A DNA stretch of 64,000 bases from Stellaceae bacterium (GCA_035934235.1 DASYYB010000027.1:32079-96078), one strand, 5' to 3'. Shown: positions 10,723 through 20,485, counted from the first letter of the stretch. Notes: a model not told the origin generated them from the sequence alone. Numbers and translations are program-made.

Positions 10723-11481
10723 TCATGTCCGTTGTTCCTTATCTCCCGTACGCGCCGCCGGCAACGCCCGGTCGAGCGCCGCAAGCAGCGCCGGTTCGTT
10801 CGGCGCGGCGGCCACTTCGATACAGCGCCACGTTAGCGGACCAAGCGCCGCCGCCACCGCCGGACTCAGCACAACCGCCGCGATCATCGCGGCACGGCCG
10901 TCAATCCTGGCCGCGCGCGCGAGCGTAACAAAGGTTTCGGCGGTGCGGGGAGAGAAAAAGATCGCGGTACCGACCGCGCCGGCGGCGATCGCGTCACGCG
11001 ACTCGGCGGTGAGGTGCGCGGCGGCAACGGCTTCGTAAAGCCGCAACCGGCGCACCGTGAATCCGGCGCGCGCCAGTTCGCCGGCAAGGTCGCCGGCGAC
11101 CGCACTCGCCGCCGCATGGATCAGCGCGCCCGACGCGGGATCGAGGCGCTGTGCCGCCAGCGCCGCCAGCGCGTGGACGTCGCCGCCGGCGCTCTCGATC
11201 CGGGCAAAGCCCGCCACCTGAGCCGCCCGGGCGGTGGCGTCGCCGACGGTAAATGCCGGCAAATCGCGCCGCGGCGAGATTTTGGCAAAAGCGCGGACGC
11301 CGTTGGCGCTGGTGAAGAGCGCTGCCTGCGCACCCGGCAGTGCCGCGGTCAGCGTGGCCGGCGCATCGCGCGCCAGTTCGATCGACAGCAGCGGTTCAAG
11401 CAGCGGCTCGAGGCCGCGCGCGCGTAGCGCCACCGTCAGGCCGGCGGCGTCCTCGCGCGGCCGGGTCACCAGCACTTTCAT
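10723..11481 (-). CDS. hemD: uroporphyrinogen-III synthase
   Basis: 252 aa. [27 protein letters not shown] is the typical HemD N-terminus. It overlaps hemC by 4 nt and sits in the hemC-hemD-X-hemY order. Confidence 0.85.
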   Translation of the reverse strand: MKVLVTRPREDAAGLTVALRARGLEPLLEPLLSIELARDAPATLTAALPGAQAALFTSANGVRAFAKISPRRDLPAFTVGDATARAAQVAGFARIESAGGDVHALAALAAQRLDPASGALIHAAASAVAGDLAGELARAGFTVRRLRLYEAVAAAHLTAESRDAIAAGAVGTAIFFSPRTAETFVTLARAARIDGRAAMIAAVVLSPAVAAALGPLTWRCIEVAAAPNEPALLAALDRALPAARTGDKEQRT

Positions 11482-12404
11482 GTGAAGAAATCGGGACCGC
11501 CACGGGCCTTGAGCTCGGCGCCGGCGTCGCGACCGAGCGCGGCTGCGTCAGCGGCGGCACCGTCGCGCCGCGTGCGGTGGAGCTTGCTTCCATCTGGACT
11601 GACGATGGCGGCGTCGAGGGTCAGCCGGCCGTTCGCGATGGTCGCGAGCGCGGCAATCGGCGTGCGGCACGAGCCGTCGAGCGCCGCCAGGAACGCGCGT
11701 TCGGCGTCGGCGCAGGTCGCCGTCTCGGCATGATCGAGCGGCGCCAGCAGGTCGCGTGCGCGCGCATCGTCGTTTCGGATCTCGACCGCCAGGATGCCTT
11801 GCGCCGGCGCCGACAGCATCTCGTTCGGCGTCAGCGTCGCCGTGATCTTGTCGGCAAGGCCCAGCCGCTTCAGGCCGGCGACGGCGAGGATCGTGGCATC
11901 GGCGTCGCCGCTGGCCAGCTTGGCGAGCCGCGTGCCGACGTTGCCGCGCAGCGGCACGATCGTGAGGTCGGGTCGCGCGTGCAACGCCAGCGCCTTGCGC
12001 CGCAGTGACGAGGTGCCGAGCCGGGCGCCCTTGGCCAGCGCCGTCAGCGAACCGGCGCGTGGCGACAGCAACGCGTCGCGTGGATCCTCGCGCGGCAGAC
12101 AAGCGGCGATCGCAAGGCCGTTCGGCAGCGTCGCCAGCATGTCCTTCATCGAATGGATGGCGACGTCGATGCGCCGGCCGAGCAGTGCGTCCTCGATCTC
12201 CTTGGTGAACAGGTCCTTGCCGCCTTCCTCGGCCAGCGGCCGTTCGCCGGCGCGGTCGCCGCTGGTGCGGATGGCGACGATGTCGATCGCGCCGGGTGAG
12301 GCCAGCGGCGCATGCGCCGCGGCTAGGCGGCGCTTGAGCTCGTCCGCCTGCGCCAGCGCCAAGGGGCTGCCGCGCGTGCCGATACGCAGAAGAGGTGAGG
12401 CCAT
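11478..12404 (-). CDS. hemC: hydroxymethylbilane synthase (porphobilinogen deaminase)
   Basis: 308 aa. Motifs [30 protein letters not shown] and RGNV.TRL are characteristic of HemC. Confidence 0.95.
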   Translation of the reverse strand: MASPLLRIGTRGSPLALAQADELKRRLAAAHAPLASPGAIDIVAIRTSGDRAGERPLAEEGGKDLFTKEIEDALLGRRIDVAIHSMKDMLATLPNGLAIAACLPREDPRDALLSPRAGSLTALAKGARLGTSSLRRKALALHARPDLTIVPLRGNVGTRLAKLASGDADATILAVAGLKRLGLADKITATLTPNEMLSAPAQGILAVEIRNDDARARDLLAPLDHAETATCADAERAFLAALDGSCRTPIAALATIANGRLTLDAAIVSPDGSKLHRTRRDGAAADAAALGRDAGAELKARGGPDFFT

Positions 12405-12445
12405 GCCTTGTTCTTAGGCGGAAGGCGGCGGCAAGGGAAGGTGCT

Positions 12446-13510
12446 ATGGTCCGCGCCATGCTGGTCCTGGGCATCGAAACCAGTTGCGACGAAACCGCGG
12501 CCGCGGTGGTCGAGAATTCCGGCGCCCTCGACAAGCGCATTCGGTCGAGCCTCGTGCTGTCGCAGCTCGCCGAACACCGCCCCTATGGCGGCGTCGTGCC
12601 CGAGATCGCCGCGCGCGCACATTTGGACCATCTCGACGGCTTGATATCGGGTGCACTCGCTGCCGCGGGCGTCGGCTTGGGCGATCTCGGCGGCGTCGCC
12701 GCCACCGGCGGGCCCGGACTGATCGGCGGCGTCATGGTCGGTGTGATGGAAGCGAAGGCGATCGCCTATGCGCGCGCGCTGCCGTTCGTCGCCGTCAATC
12801 ATCTCGAAGGTCATGCGTTGTCCGCGCGGCTGACCGACGACGTGGCTTTTCCTTATCTCCTGCTGCTGGTTTCGGGCGGCCATTGCCAGTTGCTGGCGGT
12901 CGAAGGCGTCGGCAGCTATCGCCGCCTCGGCACGACGATCGACGACGCGGCCGGCGAATGTTTCGACAAAGGGGCCAAGCTGCTCAGTCTTGGGTATCCA
13001 GGCGGTCCGGCGATCGAGCAGGCGGCGCGTGGCGGCGATGCGGCACGCTTTCCGTTGCCGCGGCCGATGATCGGCAGGCCGGGATGCAACTTCTCGTTCT
13101 CGGGCTTGAAGACCGCGCTGGCCGAGACGGTGCGGCGCGCGGGGCCGCTCGACGACCGCGCGCGCGCCGATCTGGCAGCGGCGTTGCAGGCGGCGATCGT
13201 CGATTGTCTGCTCGACCGCGCGGCGCAGGCAGCGGCGGGCTTCACGGCGCGCCACGGCGGCGGGCATGCGCTGGTGGCGGCCGGCGGTGTCGCCGCCAAT
13301 GCTGTGTTGCGGCCACGCCTGACGCAACTTGCCGCCGAATGGAATCTGCGCTTCGTCGTGCCGCCGCCGGCGCTGTGCACCGACAATGCGGCGATGATCG
13401 CGTGGGCCGGCATCGAACGCCTCAAGCTCGGGCTCGCCGATGCGCTCGACTTCGCGCCGCGGCCACGCTGGCCGCTCGACCCGGCGGCGGCGTCCACGCG
13501 CCTACGTTGA
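12446..13510 (+). CDS. tsaD: tRNA N6-adenosine threonylcarbamoyltransferase
   Basis: From ORF 12395..13510. ATG 12446 is preceded by GGGAAGG. Motifs: [59 protein letters not shown]. Confidence 0.95.
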   Translation: MVRAMLVLGIETSCDETAAAVVENSGALDKRIRSSLVLSQLAEHRPYGGVVPEIAARAHLDHLDGLISGALAAAGVGLGDLGGVAATGGPGLIGGVMVGVMEAKAIAYARALPFVAVNHLEGHALSARLTDDVAFPYLLLLVSGGHCQLLAVEGVGSYRRLGTTIDDAAGECFDKGAKLLSLGYPGGPAIEQAARGGDAARFPLPRPMIGRPGCNFSFSGLKTALAETVRRAGPLDDRARADLAAALQAAIVDCLLDRAAQAAAGFTARHGGGHALVAAGGVAANAVLRPRLTQLAAEWNLRFVVPPPALCTDNAAMIAWAGIERLKLGLADALDFAPRPRWPLDPAAASTRLR

Positions 13511-13591
13511 ACCCGGCCGGGCGCCGCCCTAGGATCGCCGACGCCGGCTGCCTCAATGGCTGGCCAAGAGAACTCCGGGAGGGAAAAGATC

Positions 13592-14353
13592 ATGCATTTC
13601 CGTGCTTTGATGGTCACGCTCGCGGGTGCGGTATTGCTGGCCGGCTCGGCGCAAGCGCAGGCACCGGCACCGTTGAAATCGATATCGATGCTCGCGCCCG
13701 CCGGTTCGCACAAGCTCCGGGTGCGTGTCGATTCGATCAAGAGCGGCCACATGATTCCGAGCGAGTACGCGTTCTGCAAAGCGGCGGCGCAAAACCACGT
13801 GGCGCTGTCTGACGACAAGAGCCCGAGCGTCGCCTGGTCCAAGGGTCCGGCCGGCACCAAGTCCTACGCCGTCGTCATCTACGATACGGACTCGCCCGCC
13901 GAACACCGCGAGTTGATGAACAAGGAAGGCGCGACACTGACGGCTGCGGTCGCGCGCAAGATTTTCTTCCACCTGGTCGTGGTCGACATTCCGACCAAGG
14001 TGACCGCTTTGCCCGAAGGCGCGGAGAGCGAAGGACGCGTCGCGCACGGAAAGCCGGCGTCGTCCAAGATCGGCGTGTCCGGCGCCAACAGCTTTACCCA
14101 GGCTTTTGCCGCCAACGACGCGATGAAGGGTACCTATTACGGCTATGATGGGCCGTGCTCGCCGTGGAACGACGAGAACGCCCATCACTACCACTTCACC
14201 GTCTATGCGTTGAGCGTGCCGTCACTTGGCCTCAGCGGCGATTTCAGCGGTGAGGCGGCGGTCGCGGCGATGCAAGGCAAGGTGTTGGCGCAGGGCGAGC
14301 TGCTCGGCGTTTATTCGATCAACCCGGCCGTCATGGCCAAGCTGAAGAAATAA
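13592..14353 (+). CDS. secreted YbhB/YbcL (PEBP / Raf-kinase-inhibitor-like) family protein
   Basis: ATG 13592 starts a signal peptide (MHFRALMVTLAGAVLLAGSAQAQ). Motifs SPSVAWS..P.GTKSYAVVIYDTDSP and HHYHFTVYAL resemble the bacterial PEBP family. It is longer than the roughly 180-aa members I remember. Confidence 0.75.
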   Translation: MHFRALMVTLAGAVLLAGSAQAQAPAPLKSISMLAPAGSHKLRVRVDSIKSGHMIPSEYAFCKAAAQNHVALSDDKSPSVAWSKGPAGTKSYAVVIYDTDSPAEHRELMNKEGATLTAAVARKIFFHLVVVDIPTKVTALPEGAESEGRVAHGKPASSKIGVSGANSFTQAFAANDAMKGTYYGYDGPCSPWNDENAHHYHFTVYALSVPSLGLSGDFSGEAAVAAMQGKVLAQGELLGVYSINPAVMAKLKK

Positions 14354-14425
14354 CCGCATAGCTTGATCGAACAACGCCTCCCGTGCTTCATCGCTCCCGA
14401 TGACGCGCGGGAGGCGTTAATTTTC

Positions 14426-15430
14426 ATGCAAACTTTCGGCATCATCGGCGGCGGCGCCTGGGGTACCGCGTTGGCGCAAGTCCTGCGCCGCGCCGGCCGC
14501 GACGTCGTCTTGTGGGCGCGCGAGGCCGAAGTCGTCGCCGCCGTTTCCGTCGCCGCCGAGAACCCGATCTTCCTGCCGGGCATTCAGCTCGAGCGTGGCA
14601 TCCGCGCGACCGGCGAGCTTGCGGTGGCGGCGCAAGCCGATGCCGTTTTGCTGGCGACGCCGGCGCAACATATGCGCGCGATCGCGGCGTACCTTGCGCC
14701 GCATTTGCCCAAGGACGTGCCGTTGGTGCTGTGCACCAAGGGCATCGAGGAAAAAACCGGCGCGCTGATGAGCGAGGTGGCGGCGGATGCCGTACCCGGT
14801 GCGCCGCTCGCCGTGCTGTCGGGCCCGACCTTCGCGCACGAAGTCGCGGCCGGCCTGCCGACGGCGGTGACGCTGGCCGCAAGCGACGCGGCGCTCGGCG
14901 CCACGCTGGTCACGGCGTTGGGCGGGCGCAGTTTCCGACCTTATCTTTCCGCCGATCCGATCGGTGCGCAGGTCGGCGGCGCGGTCAAGAACGTGCTGGC
15001 GATCGCCTGCGGCATCGTCATGGGCAAGAAGTTCGGCGATAACGCGCGCGCCGCGCTGATCACCCGAGGCCTTGCCGAGATGGTGCGCCTTGCGGTCGCC
15101 AAGGGCGGCAAGGCCGAGACGCTGATGGGCCTGTCCGGCCTCGGCGATCTCACGCTCACCTGTACTGGCCTGCAATCGCGCAACCTGTCGCTCGGCGTCG
15201 CGCTTGGCGAAGGCCAGACGCTGGCTGCGATCCTCGGCGCCCGCCGGTCGGTCGCGGAAGGCGTCACGTCGTCAGCCGCCTGCGTCGCGCTCGCGCGCAA
15301 GCTCGGCATCGAGATGCCGATCGTCCAGGCGGTCGACGCGATCCTGCATCACGGCGCCGCGATCGACCGCGAGATCGAAAGCTTGCTGGCACGGCCGTTC
15401 AAGCCCGAGTTGACGCCGGGGCGGCGTTGA
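14426..15430 (+). CDS. gpsA: NAD(P)H-dependent glycerol-3-phosphate dehydrogenase
   Basis: Start at MQTFGIIGGGAWGTALA (Rossmann motif). Other motifs: GPTFAHEVA, VKNVLAIACGI, GLSGLGDLTLTC. Confidence 0.95.
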   Translation: MQTFGIIGGGAWGTALAQVLRRAGRDVVLWAREAEVVAAVSVAAENPIFLPGIQLERGIRATGELAVAAQADAVLLATPAQHMRAIAAYLAPHLPKDVPLVLCTKGIEEKTGALMSEVAADAVPGAPLAVLSGPTFAHEVAAGLPTAVTLAASDAALGATLVTALGGRSFRPYLSADPIGAQVGGAVKNVLAIACGIVMGKKFGDNARAALITRGLAEMVRLAVAKGGKAETLMGLSGLGDLTLTCTGLQSRNLSLGVALGEGQTLAAILGARRSVAEGVTSSAACVALARKLGIEMPIVQAVDAILHHGAAIDREIESLLARPFKPELTPGRR

Positions 15431-16134
15431 TGCCGACGGTCATCGCCATCCGCCACGTCGCGTTCGAGGATCTCGACGCCTTCGGTCCGGCGCTGGCGGC
15501 GCGCGGATATAAGGCAAGCTATCGCGACGCGCCGGTCGACGATCTCGGCGCCAGCGAGCTTGCCGATTGCGACCTGCTCATCGTGCTCGGCGGCCCGATC
15601 GGCGTCTACGAGGAGGATCGCTATCCGTTCCTCAAGCCGGAAATCGCGTTGATCGAAAAGCGCCTCAAGGCGGGCAAGCCGGTGCTCGGCATCTGTCTCG
15701 GCGCGCAGCTCATGGCGCGCGCGCTCGGCGCCAAGGTCTACGCCGCCGGCTTCAAGGAGATCGGCTGGGCCGGTATCGGCTTGAGCGCCGCCGGCCGCGC
15801 CTCGCCGCTGGCCAAGCTCGCGCCGGGAACGCGCGTGCTGCATTGGCACGGCGATACGTTCGATCTGCCGTCGGGCGCGACGCATCTCGCGTCGACGCCG
15901 CGCACGCCCAACCAGGCCTTCGCCGTCGGCCGTCACGGTCTCGCGCTCCAGTTCCATCTCGAGGTCAGCGCGACCGGCTTGGAACGCTGGCTGGTCGGCC
16001 ATGCGGTCGAGATCGGCGCCACGCCGCGGGTCACCGTGCCGCGGTTGCGGACCGACGCCGGCAAGTTCGCGGCCGAGTTGCTGCCGCAAGGCCGCGCCGT
16101 GCTCGAGACGTGGCTCGACAGCCTGAAGGGGTGA
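15430..16134 (+). CDS. class I glutamine amidotransferase-like protein
   Basis: The start overlaps the gpsA stop (TGATG). LGICLGAQLMARALGAKV carries the nucleophile-elbow Cys, and HWHGDTFDLP is the His motif of GATase1 proteins. Confidence 0.85.
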   Translation: MPTVIAIRHVAFEDLDAFGPALAARGYKASYRDAPVDDLGASELADCDLLIVLGGPIGVYEEDRYPFLKPEIALIEKRLKAGKPVLGICLGAQLMARALGAKVYAAGFKEIGWAGIGLSAAGRASPLAKLAPGTRVLHWHGDTFDLPSGATHLASTPRTPNQAFAVGRHGLALQFHLEVSATGLERWLVGHAVEIGATPRVTVPRLRTDAGKFAAELLPQGRAVLETWLDSLKG

Positions 16135-16277
16135 CGCGGCGGCGGATCGTCGTTCTCACCGGCGCCGGTATTTCGCAGGAATCGGGCCTCGATACGTTCC
16201 GCGATCCCGACGGCGTCCGCTTCACCGCGACGCTCGCCGATATCGAAAAACGCACCGTGCTCCAGGCGGCCGAATGA
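16131..16277 (+). pseudogene. cobB: 5' relic of an NAD-dependent protein deacylase (Sir2/CobB) gene
   Basis: GTG overlaps the upstream stop (GTGA). VTRRRIVVLTGAGISQESGLDTFRDPDG is the sirtuin N-terminal NAD-binding motif (GAGIS.ESG..TFR). The reading frame stops after 48 codons, whereas sirtuins are roughly 230-250 aa. Confidence 0.55.
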
Positions 16278-16362
16278 CCCCTCGCGCCCTGCCGCAATTA
16301 CGCCGCGATTGGGCGCTATCGCATCCACGTTCGCGCCGGTTCGCGCGCGAGGGAGGGTTTCC

Positions 16363-17025
16363 ATGCGGATGATTTTCGCGGCGCTTGCCGCCGGCTTGGT
16401 GCTTGCACCGGTTTTGGCGCACGCGCAGTCACAGTCGCAGATCACCTGCGCGCAGCTGCCCAAGGCGGCCGAATTCGTCAACACCAAGCTCCAGCCGGGG
16501 CCGAATACCGACGCCGCCAAGCGGCATCTCGAAGCCGCGCAGCATGCGACGTCGGATCAGCAATGCGTCGCCGAGCTGCGCAAGGTCGATTATTACGCCA
16601 AACGCTCGATGGCCGCGGATCGGCGCGCGGCGGCCAAGACGCAGCCCAAGCCACAATCGCAGGCCCAGGCACAGTCGCAGGCCCAGGCACAGTCGCAGAT
16701 TAGCTGCGCGCAGCTGCCCAAGGCGGCCGAATTCGTGAACACCAAGCTGAAGCCGGGTCCCAACACTGACGCTGCGAAGCAGCATCTCGACGCGGCGCAG
16801 CACGCGACCTCCGATCAGCAATGCACCGCCGAACTGCACAAGGTCGATTATTACGCCAAGCGTTCGTTGGCGGCCGACCAGCGCACCGCGGCCAACACGG
16901 CGCCTGGTCAAGCCGCTCCCGCGCGGCATGTCCGCTGCGGCGACGTGCTGCATCCGACCCTGCCGGGGGGCACCGACTATCACGGGCCGCCGGTGCCCGG
17001 CTGTTTGCCAGTCCGCCTCTGGTAG
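16363..17025 (+). CDS. secreted protein built from two tandem copies of an unrecognised about 70-aa two-Cys domain
   Basis: ATG 16363 is preceded by GGGAGGG and starts a signal peptide (MRMIFAALAAGLVLAPVLAHAQ). Two near-identical domains are separated by a QSQAQAQSQAQAQSQ linker. The C-terminal tail is Pro/Gly-rich and has two more Cys. Confidence 0.7.
   Translation: MRMIFAALAAGLVLAPVLAHAQSQSQITCAQLPKAAEFVNTKLQPGPNTDAAKRHLEAAQHATSDQQCVAELRKVDYYAKRSMAADRRAAAKTQPKPQSQAQAQSQAQAQSQISCAQLPKAAEFVNTKLKPGPNTDAAKQHLDAAQHATSDQQCTAELHKVDYYAKRSLAADQRTAANTAPGQAAPARHVRCGDVLHPTLPGGTDYHGPPVPGCLPVRLW
16432..16899. repeat. intragenic tandem duplication, period 258 nt, plus CAG-rich microsatellite linker
   Basis: Copy 1 is 16432..16641 and copy 2 is 16690..16899. 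Both start CAGTCGCAGAT.A.CTGCGCGCAGCTGCCCAAGGCGGCCGAATTCGT.AACACCAAGCT. By my count 60 of 70 encoded residues are identical. The linker at about 16642-16689 consists of CAGGCCCAGGCACAGTCG-type units. Confidence 0.85.
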
Positions 17026-17105
17026 TCCGTCGCCGCTTGCGGACTCGTGATTGACGCCGCCGTCGCGGCGGGCGCTAAGATCGCCGCGGGAAACGGGGCG
17101 GCTCG

Positions 17106-17756
17106 ATGCGCAAGGTCGTGATCTGGGACGCGCCGACGCGCCTCTTCCATTGGCTTACCGCCGTCTTGGTCGCCGCCGCCTACGCAACGTGGCGGTTCGA
17201 CCGGATGGACTGGCACGTCTGGATCGGCTACGCGCTGCTCGCGCTCGTCATCTTCCGCCTGCTTTGGGGATTTTTCGGCAGCGAGACCGCGCGCTTCGCC
17301 GGCTTTCTCGCTTCGCCGCGTACCGCGTTCGCGCATCTGGCGCACATCTTCCGCCGCGAGCCCGATCGCGAGATCGGCCATAATCCGGCCGGCGGCTGGA
17401 TGGTGCTGGTGTTGCTTGCACTGTTGTTCGGCGAAAGCCTGAGCGGCCTTTATATCAACAACGACGTCGCCGAAGACGGCCCACTGACCCAAATCGTTCC
17501 CGCGCCGGTCAGCAATCTGATCGACGCGCTGCACACTTATTTATGGTGGATTTTGCTCGCCGCGGTGACGCTGCACGTCATCGCGGTCGCCGTCTATCGG
17601 CTGGCCAAAGGCCAGAATCTCGTGCTGCCGATGGTGATGGGCCGCAAGACGCTGCCGCCGGAGATGCGGGCGCCGGCACTGGCCGGGCCGCTCCGCGCTC
17701 TCTTGGTCTTAGGCGGCAGCCTTCTTGCGATCACCGTGCTGATCAATTTCCTCTAA
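17106..17756 (+). CDS. cytochrome b561-family (Ni/Fe-hydrogenase b-type cytochrome-like) membrane protein
   Basis: 216 aa. It begins VIWDAPTRLFHWLTAVLVAAAY (His in TM1) and has four predicted TM segments. Conserved His residues occur in GHNPAGGWMVL and LHTYLWWILLAAVTLHV. Confidence 0.8.
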   Translation: MRKVVIWDAPTRLFHWLTAVLVAAAYATWRFDRMDWHVWIGYALLALVIFRLLWGFFGSETARFAGFLASPRTAFAHLAHIFRREPDREIGHNPAGGWMVLVLLALLFGESLSGLYINNDVAEDGPLTQIVPAPVSNLIDALHTYLWWILLAAVTLHVIAVAVYRLAKGQNLVLPMVMGRKTLPPEMRAPALAGPLRALLVLGGSLLAITVLINFL

Positions 17757-17763
17757 ACGCGCC

Positions 17764-18222
17764 TCAGCTCTTCGGCACGATCACCTGACCGCAAATCTCG
17801 CCGGCCGGATGATCGGTGCTGTGCACGTTGATGTACCAGTTACCGGCGTCGAGCTGCTGCGCCTGCTCCGGCGTCAGCGTCGCCTTGCCGGTGATCGGGC
17901 TCTTGACGGGGCTCCCCTTCTTGGTGAGCCAGATTACGACTGGGCCGCCGCACTTGGCACCATTCGCGCCGTTGTGGAAATGCGACATCGTCGTCGGACT
18001 CGACAGGTCGCTATAATTGATATGCCAGGTCATGACGCGCGTGCTGGCGTCCCACGTCAGATCCGCGGTGCCCGTGCCTTTCGTCATGACCGGCGGAGTT
18101 TGTTCCGCGCCGGTCAACTGCACCTTGAATTTCACCGGTGCGGCGGTCGCCGTTCCCGCCCAGGCGACGCAGGCGAGCGCTGCGAGTGCAAGGACAATCC
18201 GCCGAGAAACTACACGCATCAT
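17764..18222 (-). CDS. secreted CHRD domain-containing protein
   Basis: From ORF 17764..18327. I start at MMRVVSRRIVLALAALACVAWAGTATA, which is preceded by AAGGAGGG. Motifs L.G..E.PP....G.G.A, SHFH.G..G and NWYINVHS..HP.GEI.GQ are typical of the CHRD domain. Confidence 0.8.
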   Translation of the reverse strand: MMRVVSRRIVLALAALACVAWAGTATAAPVKFKVQLTGAEQTPPVMTKGTGTADLTWDASTRVMTWHINYSDLSSPTTMSHFHNGANGAKCGGPVVIWLTKKGSPVKSPITGKATLTPEQAQQLDAGNWYINVHSTDHPAGEICGQVIVPKS

Positions 18223-18450
18223 GCCACCCTCCTTCGGTCGAGTTGGTATCGCGCGGTGTCGGTCCGCGGATCGGCGCAAGTCTATGCGACCGGCCTGCGG
18301 CAACATAGCGACATCGCCGCGCTTCACGGCAACGTTACAAACGGACCGGTAATCGGGTCAAAAAAAAGCCAGAAACTGCAATGCGCTAGACGGCGCGCGG
18401 CGCGCAGTGGGCCGGCGCGGCCGACGAGAAGCGGCATGATTGAGTTCGGT

Positions 18451-18527
<77 letters not shown>

Positions 18528-18626
18528 GCTGGCGGCGACGATAGGACAAGCGGCGATGGCCGACAAGCCGCGTCCGGCGTGCGCAGTCTTGCGCGGCGAG
18601 GACCGGCTCGCCATTCTCCCCGGCGC

Positions 18627-19172
18627 ATGGCCGAAAGCTGGATCGCCGACGTTCTTCGGTTCTGGTTCGTCGAGTTGCCGCCACACGCATGGTTCAGCGG
18701 CGACGCCAGCACCGACGCGCTGGTCCGTATGCGGTTCCTTACCCTGCACGAAGAGTTGCGTCGCGGATTGCCGCCCGATGCGCTGGTGGCGCCGGAATCG
18801 GCGTTGGCCGCGGTGATCGCGCTCGATCAGTTTCCGCGCAATCTGTATCGCGGCCGACCCGAAGCCTTTGCCGCCGATGGGGTGGCCCAGGCGGCGGCGG
18901 CACGCGCGGTCGCGCTCGGCTTCGATCGGACGTTCGATTCGACGCGGCGGCATTTCTTCTACCTGCCGTTCATGCATGCCGAAGACCGTGCGATGCAGGC
19001 GCGTTCGGTCGAATTGTGCGAAGCGCTCGGCGACGGCGAGGTGCTCGCCTACGCGCGGCGACACCGGAAGATCGTCGACCGTTTCGGCCGCTTTCCCCAT
19101 CGCAACGCCGTCCTGGGCCGGCCTTCGACCCCGGACGAGCTCGAATTCCTCAAGGCCGGCCGCGGCTTTTGA
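18627..19172 (+). CDS. DUF924 family protein
   Basis: ATG 18627 (MAESWIADVLRFWF). Motifs WF..d...D..irerF, DQFPRN.YRG...AFA.D, FFYLPFMH.E and HR.I..RFGRFPHRN..LGR.ST.EE..FL are the DUF924 pattern as I remember it. Confidence 0.8.
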   Translation: MAESWIADVLRFWFVELPPHAWFSGDASTDALVRMRFLTLHEELRRGLPPDALVAPESALAAVIALDQFPRNLYRGRPEAFAADGVAQAAAARAVALGFDRTFDSTRRHFFYLPFMHAEDRAMQARSVELCEALGDGEVLAYARRHRKIVDRFGRFPHRNAVLGRPSTPDELEFLKAGRGF

Positions 19173-19294
19173 CGGCGCCGCTTTGGGCGGGCGCCCACGG
19201 CTGGCGCCGTCGCACAGGGGGCGCCGTTGTCGCCGTCGTGCTTTCGCGCAATGATCGCGCAACGGGCCGTCAGCACCCGCCCAGGGGAGGACAC

Positions 19295-20485
19295 ATGCGC
19301 AGTCTGAAATTCGTGGCTGCCGCGTTCGCGGCATTCGTACTGGTTTCCGCCGCGCCGGCGCACGCCGAGGATGTCGTGAAGGTCGGCGTCATCCTGCATT
19401 ACACCGGTCCGTTCGCGCGGCTCGGCGACACCATGCAGAAGGCGATCGATCTTTACATGAAGCAGCACGGCGACACCGTCGGCGGCGCCAAGATCGAGCT
19501 CGTCAAGCGCGACGCGCAAGGCAGCGTCGACACCTCGAAGCGCATGGCGCAAGAGTTGCTGACGCGCGATCACGTCCAATTTCTCGCCGGCTTCATCCTG
19601 ACGCCGGAGGCGCTGGCCGCCGCGCCCGACGTGACGCAGGCCAAGGTGCCGATGGTGATTATGAACGCAGCGACGGCGGTGATCACGACGAAGTCGCCGT
19701 ACATCACGCGCACGTCGCTGACGTTGCCGCAGACCACCGAAATCTTCGGCAAGTGGGCGGCGACCAAAGGCGGCATGAAGCGGGTCTATAGCGCGGTGTC
19801 GGATTACGCGCCGGGCCTCGATGCCGAAGCCGCGTTCAAGCGCGCCTTCACCGCCAACGGCGGCACCATCGTCGACAGCGTCCGCTTTCCGCTGATGAAT
19901 CCGGATTTCGCGCCGTTTCTGCAACGCGTGCTCGATAAAAGGCCGCAAGGCCTCTACGCCTTCATCCCCGGCGGCAGCCAGCCGGTGACGTTCGTCAAGA
20001 CGTTCCACGATCTCGGCCTCGACAAGGCCAAGATCCGGCTGTTGCCGAGCGCCGAAGTCGGCGACGAGAACGATCTCCAGAAGCTGCCGGATTTCGCCGT
20101 CGGCATCACGATCTCGACCAACTACACGGCGGCGCGCAAGTCGAAGGCCAATGAAGAATTCGTCGCCGCCTGGCAGAAGGCGTACGGCGCCGACAAGGAA
20201 CCCGACCTGTTCGCGGTCGGCGCCTATGACGGCATGGCGCTGATCTATCACGTCGTCGACAAGCTCCACGGCAAGGTCGACGGCGACAAGGCGATGGCGG
20301 CGATCAAGGGCTGGAAGTACGAAAGCCCGCGCGGGCCGGTCATGATCGACCCGGCGACGCGCGATATCGTCCAGAACGTCTATATCTGCCGCGTCGAGAA
20401 GGTGAACGGCCATCTCGCCAACGTGCCGATCGAGACCTATCCGATGGTCAAGGATCCCTGGAAGATCGAGAACCATATGGAATAG
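19295..20485 (+). CDS. ABC transporter periplasmic substrate-binding protein (Leu/Ile/Val-binding-like family)
   Basis: ATG 19295 is preceded by GGGGAGG and starts a signal peptide (MRSLKFVAAAFAAFVLVSAAPAHA). It continues EDVVKVGVILHYTGPFARLGD, which is typical of type I (LivK-like) binding proteins. No permease or ATPase genes are adjacent. Confidence 0.9.
   Translation: MRSLKFVAAAFAAFVLVSAAPAHAEDVVKVGVILHYTGPFARLGDTMQKAIDLYMKQHGDTVGGAKIELVKRDAQGSVDTSKRMAQELLTRDHVQFLAGFILTPEALAAAPDVTQAKVPMVIMNAATAVITTKSPYITRTSLTLPQTTEIFGKWAATKGGMKRVYSAVSDYAPGLDAEAAFKRAFTANGGTIVDSVRFPLMNPDFAPFLQRVLDKRPQGLYAFIPGGSQPVTFVKTFHDLGLDKAKIRLLPSAEVGDENDLQKLPDFAVGITISTNYTAARKSKANEEFVAAWQKAYGADKEPDLFAVGAYDGMALIYHVVDKLHGKVDGDKAMAAIKGWKYESPRGPVMIDPATRDIVQNVYICRVEKVNGHLANVPIETYPMVKDPWKIENHME

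Noticed and set aside
16642-16689. CAG-rich 18-nt repeats, considered together with the 48-nt repeats at 22128..22398, as possible CRISPR or other non-coding arrays.
   Set aside because: Both are in frame inside well-supported secreted-protein genes. They have no spacer structure and no cas genes nearby. They are coding low-complexity repeats.
18223-18450. A 228-nt gene-free spacer between the CHRD gene and tRNA-Arg, containing an A8/T8 run at 18360..18367. I examined it for an sRNA, SRP RNA or 6S RNA, or a tRNA terminator.
   Set aside because: No conserved SRP/6S/tmRNA core motifs are visible, and there is no convincing hairpin directly upstream of the T-run on the minus strand. An Rfam scan would be needed.
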